Part shown: in pieces, positions 12,022 to 23,914 of the stretch
How positions within the stretch are numbered: the stretch's first letter is position 1
Layout: the number at the start of each line of letters is the position of its first letter
Assembly (NCBI GenBank): GCA_001643675.2
Contig: LSRY02000002.1
Span: 2,418,001 to 2,482,000, forward strand
Length of the DNA: 64,000 nucleotides
Origin: Monocercomonoides exilis PA203
Taxonomy: Eukaryota > Protista > Preaxostyla
Direction: 5' to 3'
The notes under the pieces: generated by a model
Database searches by the model: none
Told to the model about the DNA's origin: nothing
The model's input: only the letters and a program-made list of their open reading frames with translations
Position numbers and translations under genes: made by a program

Positions 12022-14047
12022 TTAAAGAACCAACCGCATCTTTTTACTAACTTTTGGCTTTGTGTCAGATCCATTGGTGGACGTTTGTTCTTCGGGCCAG
12101 AGAAAACGGTCTCCCGTTTCGTCAACAATCAGCTTGTACCAATCACTTCTTGGAGGGAGAAAATCTACAGAAGGAATCTTTTTCCCTTTAATTGTGTTGT
12201 GTCTTGCGCCATCAAAGTACACGCGGAACATCTCTTCAAACAGTCCTCTCCACTCAGTCAGGGCTTTTTCTGCCCACACGTTGCACATCTGAGTCAAAAA
12301 CTCCTTTCCAACTTTCTCGTCACGGCTTAAGAGAGACATGGCTGTGGCATCTGCCTGTCTCAGCGATGCGCGGAAATAGTTCCGCATCTCCTGCTGCTTC
12401 GCCTTGGCAACAGGCTTAAGCACCTCGTAGTTTTGGTAGACCCAGTTTGCGACCAGATTGTTCACCCAAAAGACAGAATTCATGCTGAACATCTGCGAAG
12501 AGGCATGGTCACGAGTGAGGCAGGAAGGCACATAGTTGATCTGAGGGTAGATTGGGATGTGTATTGAGAGAGAGGCATCGTCAGGAGCAAACCATAACAC
12601 TGATCCAGCACTCGCTGCTCCATGTGCCGACGATTTTGGTCGTAACTGAGCAACAAAGGACCATCCTGTTTGCTGTTGCCCTGCTCCTCTGTCGTGAACG
12701 TATTTCTGTGTAACTGGATCTGGATCAGACACTGTTGCTTCATATACATTCGGTCTGTTACGATATGGTGAGCTGGATTGTCCTGCTCCAATGTCTTTTG
12801 TTGGATCCAAAATGGTTCCCTCAAAATGATGACCCATTGCGTTCATCAAATCGTTTAATGTGACTTTCTTGATACCATCAGGCACTTTCATAGAAAACGG
12901 AAGACGATTATCCATGTTACGTCCAAGGATATAATCATTATAAATGTTCATGGCTTCTTCTCCTAAGACTGATGCAAAAAATGCCCATATTCTTCCATCG
13001 CATTGGCGAACATGAGACTTTCCGGCTTCTTCAAATCCCTCCCCTTTAATTGGACAATATGCATCAGTAAAGTCGAAATGTTCCAAGCTATCAGCATTTG
13101 ACCATCCTTTTTCCTTTGCAAATTTCAATACATCATCGCTGTACTTCCAAGTTATTGTTTCTTTTTCAGTGCCAACTGTGGTCGTTCGAGGAAGGTTTGC
13201 ATGTCCACTGATTGATCCATCAGGAATTTTCTGTGCCACATAAACAACACGAGTGCCGGCAGTGCCTGTTGGCTTTCCTTTTCCGATCAAATCCATCACC
13301 CAAATTTCATCAAGATCAGCGATCGTGAAGCTTTCTCCAGAAGAACGATATCCATAAGTATTGCAAAGATTTACCATTATATCAATCGCATCACGAGCAT
13401 TTTTCGCACGTTGAAGTGTGATATATATTAAGCTATGAAATTTTTCAAATGAAACATTATTATTTCATAAATTATTTGTGTAAATGAATAAAAATTAAAG
13501 ATGAATCTTCGCAAACTTTCCATAATCAATTATCCCTGTTGTGTCAATGCATTCTTCACGGCCTCCCCATGTTGTTTCACCAATTGCAACGTTATTTTCA
13601 TTCATATTTCCCACAACATTATAAGTGTGTTCAACTTGAGGGATTTCTCCATAATAATCATCAGTAATCTATTAACAAGCAAATTGTTAAATTTTACAAA
13701 TATAAGTATATATCAAATTAACAACCCAGTCGTAAATTTTTATCTTTTCATCTTTTGGATGATCTCCAGCTGGAAAGTGATATAAATCTCCAAACTGTGT
13801 TTTTGAAATTTTGAAAAATAACACAGAAAAAGTGCTTAATAATGAAAAATGCAAACCAATTGATACGCATCAGCGCTATATGTAAACCTGCAAATAATGA
13901 AAAATCAAAATAAAAAACAAAAACTACAAAACGAGCATACATATTATGCCCTTCTGCTGATGCTCCTTTTGTTACAATTAAATTGGTACATGCAAATGAG
14001 TTTTTAAACAGATTCAAAAAGGTATAAAAATATAAAAAGCTTATCAT
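12022..14047 (-). CDS. Peptidase family C69 dipeptidase (Ntn-hydrolase, secernin-like) with signal peptide, 5 exons
   Basis: Exons 14047-13941, 13887-13857, 13794-13726, 13668-13517 and 13432-12022. Signal peptide followed by the N-terminal nucleophile motif A|CTNLIVTKGAS. Also GNMNENNVAIGETTWGGRE, GIIDYGNLIYITLQRAKNARDAI, YGYRSSGESFTIADLDEIWVMDLIGKG and HAN. Confidence 0.9.
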
Positions 14048-15803
14048 ATTATTGTTGGGATCTAAGCCATATGTTATCTTTTATTGAAAATAAGAAAAAA
14101 ATTTTAAATCATTATTCATCTGTATTAAATTGCAATAAATAATTACATCATCAAAAAAATTTTTTTGATAATTCATTGATGTGTTAAGAACTGCGCAAAG
14201 AAATATAAATCCAGAAAACACTTTTTCTTTTTCAAAAAAGAATGAAATGCGTAAATATTTATTAAAAAAAAAGTGACAAAACGAAATTAATAATTTTATA
14301 TTTTTTGTCACAATTTTTCGGAGAAAAAAAAATATTTGGGTGATTATTTTTGTAATCATAACTTTTTTCGGGATGTTGAATATTCAAAGATTGTTTTCAT
14401 TTGGGAAGAAATTTTCCATCAAAGTGCTTAAATAATCACAACTGTTTCAAAAGCAAATGCATGATCAGAAATATAAATTAAGAGGTCTTGAACATGCCTG
14501 TTCACTTTTCAGTGTTCATTTGAAACATTAAAAAGAAATTTTCGAACCGAAATTTTCGAAAGAAAAAATATGAGTTCAAAAATAATCACACATTTATCAA
14601 AGAATAAAAGGCTAAGGTGCATTTCTTGCTTTTTTGAAAACAAATTGATTTGTTCAAAAATTTTCATTCAAATGGAAAGTTTTTCAATACAAAACTGGAT
14701 TTTTTATTCATGTGTTTGTGAAATGAAAATCAAACATTTAAAATTAATTATTAAGAAAAATTGTCGATTTTTTCAAAGCATCTTGATGAAAACGATGTGT
14801 AAAAAAATTGTTGCTATTATCGTAACAAAGTCATCTTTTTATTATAAATAATAACTATTTAATGGTCTATTTTTACAGTGTTTTTTTTTTTTTTTGTGAA
14901 TATTGAAACGAAAGAAAAATTATTTGCTATGAAAAAACAATTTGAAAAATGGACATAATGTAGAAAATAATTCATTGATTCTTTGAATAAAACATAACTC
15001 AATCATTTTGATTTTGTTAGAACAAAATTTTCAAAAAAAAAAATATGTTTCATTCAATTACAAGAAATTTTCTTGAAGCACGGGGAAGTTTTAAAAACGA
15101 TTATCTTTTTCATTGCATTAATAAGCATGACAGATAAACTTTTTGTTACCAAAAAATTAGGAAAAAATGTGATAATTTTCTGAAATAATGTGAAGATTTC
15201 AAAACATAAGGTTGCCATTTCAACAATAATTGTTTATAAATATGAGAATCCTATTAATTTTCAAATCTCTGAGAGAAAAGGACAGTTATGAGAAATACAA
15301 TTATTGTTTGCTTTGTGGAAAAAAAGCTTCAAAGTTCGCATAATCCCACATAATATAAAATCCGTTTATTTCAATGAGCAGATGCAAAATAATAGAATAA
15401 TTTCAAATGCAATATTGAAGAAAATTTTCAAATTCATGAATTTTTTTTATGTACTGATATTTCATGATTTTTTTAAAATCATATGATAATCAGATTTTGT
15501 GAAAATGTTCAACAAACTTCAATAACTGCAAAAGCAAACGATAGAAACAAGTCAATGAAAACAAATTCAAAATATTAATTTTGAAAATTGTCATTTGATT
15601 TAACAGATTTTGCAGCTTTTATTTTTGAAACCAAATATCTGATTGACAAAATTTGATTTCTTAAAGAAAAACGCATTAAAATAATGAATAAAGATAAAGA
15701 AGAAACAAGAAATGTATGTACAGAGCAAATAATGAATAACAATATTGTGTTTTAAAAGAAAAACATCAATAGAATAATTGTTATGGAATATTTTTGTCGT
15801 TAG

Positions 15804-16783
15804 GTGAGTATTTTTATTGGCACCAGTTTTTTTATTGGAACCAAAAATCATTTTCATTATCTTCATTTCATTAAAACTCATAAATCTGTTTCATAACGAA
15901 AGAACAATAAACAAATAAAAATTAAGCTGTACGTCAAATATTTTTTGAAAAAACTTTCTCAGAAAAACGATCTAATAATTTTTAACTTTTATATTTCGAT
16001 CATTGTTTTGCTCGTATTTTCTTGACTGATTGCTCTTGCGAGTTTTTATCACGGAATTCACAAAAACAATTGTATTTTCCGCATTTGTTACTTATTCGTT
16101 ATATTTTGAACTATTTATATAAGTGTATTTTTGCATTTCACCACTTTTGTTTAAACATGCAAAGTCAGATGAATGTGTATGTTATATCGATTAACATGAA
16201 GTATATTATATTTAATAAGTTTTTTTAACAACAAATTATAGATATAGGATAAATTCCAATTTGTCAATACTTAGATAAATTCAATTCTTTCAAAAGCATG
16301 ATCCTTTGATTTCTTTTTTATTTTGAATAAAAGTTTATTTTCAATACATGCACAATCAACAAAAAAGATTTTTTAACCGATATCTTTTGACTTTTTGTTA
16401 CAAAACATACACATTCACTTGATTTTGCATGTTTAAACAAAAGTGGTGAAATGCAAAAATACACTTATATAAATAGTTCAAAATATAACGAATAAGTAAC
16501 AAATGCGGAAAATACAATTGTTTTTGTGAATTCCGTGATAAAAACTCGCAAGAGCAATCAGTCAAGAAAATACGAGCAAAACAATGATCGAAATATAAAA
16601 GTTAAAAATTATTAGATCGTTTTTCTGAGAAAGTTTTTTCAAAAAATATTTGACGTACAGCTTAATTTTTATTTGTTTATTGTTCTTTCGTTATGAAACA
16701 GATTTATGAGTTTTAATGAAATGAAGATAATGAAAATGATTTTTGGTTCCAATAAAAAAACTGGTGCCAATAAAAATACTCAC
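15804..16783. repeat. Long inverted repeat: 360-bp apparently perfect arms (15804-16163 and 16424-16783) with a ~220-bp spacer
   Basis: The right arm reads as the reverse complement of the left, from GTGAGTATTTTTATTGGCACC to ...TTTAAACATGCAAA. Pairing extends about 20 bp further inward with 3 mismatches (to 16183/16404). Non-coding; no target-site duplication seen. Confidence 0.95.
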
Positions 16784-17306
16784 ACTTTATAAACATTTGA
16801 TTGAAAGATAAAGAAAAAATTAAAAACAAAAAACGAAAAAATGATTACATCTGTTGTACGTCAAAAGAAAAAAATACTTGAAGCACAATTGTTTCAAATT
16901 AAGTGTATTCAACTTTTGGAACTTTTTTGCTTTTGGCTTCAAAGTGAAATTGTAAATCAAACAAATGGAATCAACTTCAATTTTCGTTAAAAAATTCAAT
17001 CAGATTGATAATGAATACAAGTAAAATTGATGGAGGTATAAATTGATGTACAAACAGTTGAACGAGAATATCTTTAATAAAATTATAATTGAAAATCGAT
17101 TTTATCGATTTCAAATGAACATAACTTTGATTATTATTGTTCTTGTCATTAACAAAATTGACTTTTTTACTATTTTTGAATTTGCACCATATACAGTGAT
17201 GATGCATAATTATGTTTATAAAAGATGAAAAGATTTTTTTTTCTTAATAAAGAGACTAGACAAAAATTTCCATAATTAATTCAATTTGATCATTTTTAAC
17301 TCGAAA

Positions 17307-19156
17307 ATGACACATTTAAGCACAATTTCCCAACAAATAAGTATTGATCCATTTCATAAAATTGCGGACGGTATTTTTTATCATTTTAGTATTCATTTAT
17401 GTGATATATGTGTTTATATTTATAAACTTATTTTTAGATGATATTCTTGTTTGCATTTATTATTCAATTTTTAAACAACAAATTATAATAACGATATTTT
17501 GATATATATAAAATTATTCAGATGAAAATAAGCCTTGTTAACGAAAGAGTTGCAAAACTGGAACAACTTATTTCACCATTAAGTATTCTTCTTTCAGAAA
17601 ATTCTGTTGAATTGGTGCATTTTCTCCAAAAAGCAATTCAAAGCGAAGCATTAAAATTAAAGAAAACTAAAGAAGAAGAAGAAAAGAGAAGAGAAGAAGA
17701 AATTCGAAAAGAGAAAGAAAGGCAACTTGAGATGGAAAGGATTCTTCAAATCAGAGAAAGAAATCTTCAACGCGAACGAGAATTGGCAAAATTGAAAGAA
17801 AGAGAACGTCAGCTTTTGAAAGAAAGTGAAGAGGAGAAAAAGAAAGAGCAAGAACTCCTTCGACAACAGCAAATAGATACAAACATTGAATTGAAAGAAC
17901 AAAAGAAAGAAATAACAATGAATAATGAACAAATCAATAAGAAGGAGCAAATAAACAATTTTGAAAGGTTGCTTGATCGAGCTTCAAAAGAGAAGGCTAA
18001 ACAAAGAGATAAAGAATCGAGCCATGATATTAGTGATCGCGAATCTGAACTTGCAAGATTAAGACAATTACAACAGGAATTAAACAAACGAATGAAAACA
18101 AACAACGAAGGAAAAGGTTTAAATGCAAATATCCGTCGAAGACCAGAGTTGTTACAAACACCATCGCTTCGTGGAGACGATCCTCTTCCATCCGGCCCAC
18201 TTGAATTGCAGACACCATTAACAGAAAGCGAAGATGATCAGCAATACGTTTTTGGTTCAAGACAACAGGCAACGTCTCAATCACCTTCCCAGTCATCCTC
18301 ATCACCACCAAAGAATTCTGTTCAAAATGCTCATGTAATATCATCGACAAAACAGCTTCCAATATATCCTCAATCTTCTTCAAATCCTCCACAATCTACC
18401 ATCTTTTCTCAAAATGATAGGCGAGCTGTTTCTGTCCCTCGAACCTTTTCATCCGTAGCCACTCCCATCCATTCGCAATCTCCTCCTCCAACGACTGCTC
18501 TGCCAACAGCCGATTCTTCTGCTACATCTTGGCAATCCAACAACAAAACTGTGCTTCCAACACAACAGCTGCTAATGCAAACACACTCTCCAGGAAGCCA
18601 TCAGCAGAATTCACAAAATGAGTTATCTCGTCGTACTTCTTCTTCTTCCTCCTCTTCATCCTCTTCTTCTATGGCAGCCAGTCATCTTTCTCGAATGAAG
18701 CAGCTTCGCCAATTTTTGGACGCTCCTGCTGATACCATTGCGATGGGTCCTGAGCTCTTCTCGATACAACCAACGGTGCAGCTACAAGACAATCCTTCCC
18801 CCGCACATCACTCTCCTCCTAAGCCCTCTCCACAACCTGCACCCGCACCTGCTTCTCTTAGTTCTTCTCTGTCTTCGCCTTCTGCTGGCCATCAACCTGC
18901 GCCTTCCTCTGCCTCTTCACATTCCCAATCACCTCAAAAAGAATCCCCCTCCAGGTCTGTAATTACATCTCGTGGTGGTACTGTGGCATCGTCTCGAACT
19001 GCTGTATTTATTTCTCAGCCTTCTCTTGCTTCAACCCTTCTCTCAAAGAATTCCCATCTCGGAAAAACTTTATCTCCTGCTGCTGCTGCTCGCGCGGCCC
19101 AGTTGGCTGCGAAGTTTAATCAAAGTGTCAAACCATTTAAGGATCCATTTTCTTGA
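17307..19156 (+). CDS. Hypothetical protein with N-terminal coiled coil and Ser/Pro/Gln-rich disordered tail
   Basis: Main exon 17522-19156 (544 aa) is preceded by CAG. Upstream exon 17307-17370 and an 11-nt micro-exon 17438-17448 restore the frame. Confidence 0.7.
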
Positions 19157-19416
19157 TTGTTTCGAAATTTTTTTAAATTTAACTGCTCATTTGTTATTCA
19201 ATTCGGTAATTATTTATATTTTATTGCTTTTTCGGCCTTGAATATTGTTTTTGATGTTCGTTTCACTGATCCTTTTTGAATCAAACTTGTTTTATTCAAA
19301 TGAAATATAAAATTCAGATAATGATTTGATTGCGAAATGAATTTTATGTGTGCGAAATGAAGTTAATCGAATTGAACTGAGATGATTTGAAATGCAATGA
19401 AGTGAGATGAATTGTT

Positions 19417-19991
19417 TTAATTATCAAGTCCAATGTCAGAAATATCAATCCCAAGATCCTTAAATAATCGAGTAACTATTTGAGGATTTAGTGTTCTAGA
19501 TTCACGAGTTGGATGAAAGTCTATGCAATTAAGAGTGTCAATCATAAAATCATAAAAATCTGGGTATTCTTCCATGATACTTTGAAGCGTTTCTTTCGGA
19601 CGGTGTGAAGAAGTAATTGACAAAATTCTTTCTTTCAATCCAGGCTGCGACAAATGATACATGATGCGCTTTGATTCAGATAATTTGACAAGCTTGTCAT
19701 CTGGAACTCGATAAAATGAATTGTACTTTGAAGCAACAGCAGGAACTGAACACAAGGCATTCATTTCTTTTGAAATAGGAGGTAATTCATTTGCTTCCTC
19801 TTTTTTTTCTTGTGTTTTTGAACACGATAGGCAATGAACTTGATAGCACTTCACGCTGCAACTGAAAATATGAAAATTATACCAATAAAATTAGATTTAA
19901 CAATTCGAGCAAACTAAGGAGCAGCACAACGAGGGCACTTATACTTCTTTTTATCTATACCACATATAGAACACATAATAGAGTTTTGCAT
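19417..19991 (-). CDS. ZNHIT3: Zinc finger HIT domain protein 3 (Hit1-like, box C/D snoRNP assembly)
   Basis: Exons 19991-19915 and 19861-19417 give the zf-HIT CSICGIDKKKYKCPRCAAPYCSVKCYQVH. The C-terminal region VPDDKLVKLSESKRIMYHLSQPGLKERI...DFYDFMIDTLNCI resembles the ZNHIT3 C-terminal domain. Confidence 0.85.
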
Positions 19992-20340
19992 GTTTTGAAA
20001 ATGAAAAATCTTTTATTTTTCTAAATCACATATTTCCATAACAATTATTATTTTTGTTCACAAAAAAAAGTTCATCTTTCTCTTTGTTAATTAATAAAAT
20101 TTCATCACATTTTCACCAGCAATTTATTTTTTTTTTTTTTTTTAAGAATTTCCATCATTTATAATCAATTTCAATAGCTCAAATATCATTATTTATTTTC
20201 ATCTAACCAGTTTCTTATTATTAACCACAAATAAAAATTGAAATGACAAACTCTCGAAAAATGAATTCACATTAACAAGAACAATATGCAAGGAAAACCA
20301 TTCTTATGAAAGACAGTAGCACTGATTTCTTTTTACGGTA

Positions 20341-20403
20341 AATAAAATAAAATAAAATAAAATAAAATAAAATAAAATAAAATAAAATAAAATAAAATAA
20401 AAT
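20341..20403. repeat. (AAAAT)n microsatellite, about 12 copies
   Basis: Directly visible perfect pentamer array, just downstream of the stop of the 20444-25886 gene. Confidence 0.95.
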
Positions 20404-20443
20404 TACTTTTTTTAAAAAAATCATATCCTGAGTAATAAACTTC

Positions 20444-23400
20444 TCACAAGTCGTCATCTGGAAAGAGTGAAGTTGGCTGGTATTGTGTTCTTGGCGACTG
20501 GTGCGGGGGCTTCTGTGGTTTTTCCGCGCCGTCGTCGAAGAGAGAAGAGGAGAGGACGGAAGAGAAAGGAGAAGAGGAAGCATTGGAGAAGGAAGGTCTG
20601 GGGGCATCTCTCTGAGTGGAGTGGATGTGCGAGGAAGGGGGAGGAGGAGGAGGTGAAGGGGCAGACGAGGAAGACGGGGCAACACGTCTGTGAGTGTTCT
20701 GCTGAGCAGACTGAGTCCAGGAATATTCGCTCTCTTCTTTCTCCACATTCACATAGCCATCGATCTCTTCGTCGTCTTGCTCGTCTTTCTGAGTGAAATT
20801 TCTTCTCTTTTGAGGAATGGCTGGGGGAGGAGGCTGAGGCTGGGAGCGGGCAGGAGGGGCAGGGGGAGGAAGAGAAGAGAGAGAAGAATGAGGAGAAGGA
20901 GAAGGAGATGAAGAGGAAGATGGTTCAGAGGCGATGGTGGCAGCTAAAAGAGGGTTGTATGCCCCGTAGTCATCATCAGCATCGTCTTCATCAGCAGCTG
21001 AAGTGAGTGGATCATCTCCAAAGAGAGAAGAAGAAGAAGAAGATGATGATGATGAAGTATTAGCAGAACGAGAAGCATTTGATAGAGAAGAAGAATGAGA
21101 AGAAGAAGATGCTGAAGAAGCTGCCTGTTCTTCTTCGCTCTTCTTCTTCATCTGTTCTCTCCACAGCTGCTGTTGAAGCATCAGCCTTTGTTCTCTTTCT
21201 CTCCTCTCCTTCTCCTTCCTCTCCTTCTTCTCCTGCTTCTTCTTCTTCTTCTCTGGATCCTTCTCTTTGTCTTTCTCCTTCTTCCCTTCTTTCTTCCCTT
21301 TCTTTTCGTGCTTTCCCGCTTTCTTCTCTTCAACCCCATCTTCAAACAGATTCCCTCCGCTTTCTTGTGGCTTTGCGGAATGCGATGCGAATGGCTCTTC
21401 TTTCTCTGCCTCTTGCTCATCATCTCCAAAAAGAGAAGAAGAAGAAGAAGAAGAAGAAGAAGAAGAAGAAGAAGATGATGATGATGGAGTTATGTTTGCT
21501 TCAGTCAAAGTATTCAATTGCTTTCCGGTTGATGTTTCAGAAGCAGAATTTGATAAAATTGCATTTTCATCCTCTTTTGTCTCTCTTTGTGCTGCTTGTG
21601 GTGTTGGCGTGTGAGAAGAAGAAGAAACAGAAGAAGAAGAAGGTGGTGGAGGAGCAGAAAACACAAAAGTGATTTCTTTCTCTTTCTCTTTCTCTTCTCC
21701 TTCTTCGTCTCTTATTTTATTTTGCACTTCATCATCATCATCTTCATCGTCATCTGCAAATAATGAAGAGCTGCTCTGCTTCTTTTCCTCCCTTTTCACA
21801 TTCAATGGAGATTGCATCTTTTGCTTCTCTTTCTCTTTCTCTTTCTCTTTCTCCTCTTCTCCTTCCTCAAAGTCTGCAAACAACGAAGACTCACTTTTCT
21901 GTGTCTCTTTCTGTGTTTGTGCTTGTGATAAAGATGAAGATGAAGATGAAGATGAAGAGGCAGATGCTGCCAGAAGAGGAGAAGAGAACAAATCATTCGA
22001 TTCATCCTTTTTGTGCTCTTCTTCTTTTTCTTTGCCTTCTTCTTCCTTCGTTGGTGTAACTTCATCGTCATCTGCCCACAAAAGTGAAGAAGTCTTTGCT
22101 TTTTGTGGCTTTTCTGCCATTTTCAAATTGTCTTCCTCTTTTATGCTCTGCAAAATATCTTCTTCTTTCTCCTCTTTCTCTTCTTTTTTCTCTGATTTCT
22201 TTTTTGTCTCCTTATTCCCTTTGGACTTTGCCTTTTCTGTCTCATTTCCTCCTGTCAGCAAGTCTTGTTGAGCATCTCCGTCTTCTTCAAACAAACTTGT
22301 TCGTTTCGCACTCTTTTTGGAGGTCAGCTCTTTCTCTCTTCTTTTCGCCTCTTCCTTCTCCTTCTTCAGCTTCGCCTGCAGCTCCTTCACTTCCTTCTCT
22401 GCTTCTTCTCTTCTTTTGGCTTCCTTCTTTGCTTCCTTCACTCCTTCCTCTTTGCCTTCTGCATATCCCTTTTCATACCCTTTCCTCTCTCCTTCTTCTT
22501 CTCCTTCCTCTCTTCCTATTTTCATCCCTTCTCTTTTCCCTTCTGCCCTTCCTTCTCTCTCTCCTTCCTCCTTCCCTTCCTTCCATCCAACCTCTTTCCC
22601 TTCTTCATATCCTTCTTTCCTTCCCTTCTCCTTCCCTTCCTCCGTCGCCTTCTTCACAGCTGCCTTCAAGTCATCTTCAGTGAACCACTTTCTCTTGGCG
22701 TATGCCTCCTTCTCCTTCAGCCTCCTCTCCTTCTCTGCCTCAGCCTCCCTCTCCTTCTCCTCCACTGCCCAGCTCAGCTCCTTCTCTCTCCTCTCCATCT
22801 CTCTCTTCGCACTCTCCAGCTCCTCCGCCATCTGCCTCTTCGCACTCTCCACCCTCGCCATCTCCATCTTCTGCTGAATCAGCTCCTCTTCCAACTGCTT
22901 CTTCTGAATGGCCCACTGCCTTCTGCTCTCCTCCTGCTCCATCCGCTTCTCCCCCACCATCTTCAGCGTCTCTTCCCTCTCACTCTTCAGCTGCCCTCTC
23001 AATCCCCCCACTTCTTGTGTCAGCTTCAATATCTTCTCTCTCTCTTCTCTTTCTCTCTTCTCCCTCTCGCCCCCTCGCTGTGTGCTGAACGTGGCTGCTG
23101 CTTTGAATCCTTCGATGTCTTCTTCCAATCTCTTCACTTTGTTCTCTTTTGCCTTCATTTCCACTGCCATCTCAGCCATCTTCAGTGAGTCTGCCCTTTT
23201 AGCTGCCTCAACTTCCATCAGTTTGTTTTCAGCTGCTCTAAGTGACTCACGCAGACTCTCAACAACTTTGTCGTTCTCTGCCATGTTTGACAGCAAATGC
23301 TGCTTCTCCTCTTCTGCGCTCCTCTTCGTCTGCTCCTCTGCCTCTCTGGCTGCCTTCCTCTCTTTCTCTTGCTCCTCCTTCATCACTCGCATCTGCTGCT

Positions 23401-23879
23401 CCATCAACGAAAGACTGCTGATGTGTCTGCTAAGATCTCCTTTCAGAGCTTTGTTCTCCTTCGAAATGCGCCGAAGAGACTGGAGAATCACAAAAGAGGA
23501 CGAAAGAGGGACAGATTTGAGAGAGGCTGAATGAGAAGAAGAAGAGGAAGAAGAGGAAGAAGAGGAAGAAGAGGAAGAAGCAGATTCAGAAGCAGGAGAA
23601 GAAAGAGACGAAGGAGAAGAAGGAGGAGTTGACTCAGAAAGTGAAGGAGGCGTCATTCTTGTCAAAAGCTGATGGAATGCCAGCAGTCTTTCGTGAATGT
23701 TCTGGTTCATTTTGCTGCTTAGCTTCACATTCATCAAAAGCTCCTTCTTCTTCTTTGCCTCTTCTTCGATTCGCTTTCGCTCTTCTTCTTCTTCTTTCTC
23801 TTCAATCATCTTCAGCTGCTCTGCAACGTTAATCGATAACGGATTCTCTTCTTTCTCTTTCTTGTTCTCTTCTTCTTCC

Positions 23880-23914
<35 letters not shown>

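Noticed and set aside
14081-17228. Short F/I/K/N-rich ORFs in the intergenic region (similar ones at 2830-3069, 34565-34807, 37194-37863 and 40059-40247)
   Set aside because: Composition mirrors AT-rich non-coding DNA; no motifs or consistent splice structure.
19300-19415. Degenerate (TGAAA/TGAGA)-like pentamer run between convergent genes
   Set aside because: Too degenerate to call; likely an eroded microsatellite in 3' UTRs.
22430-22640. GxxEG repeats resembling bacterial FliH/Yae1
   Set aside because: A simple low-complexity helical repeat inside a eukaryotic coiled coil, with no other FliH features.
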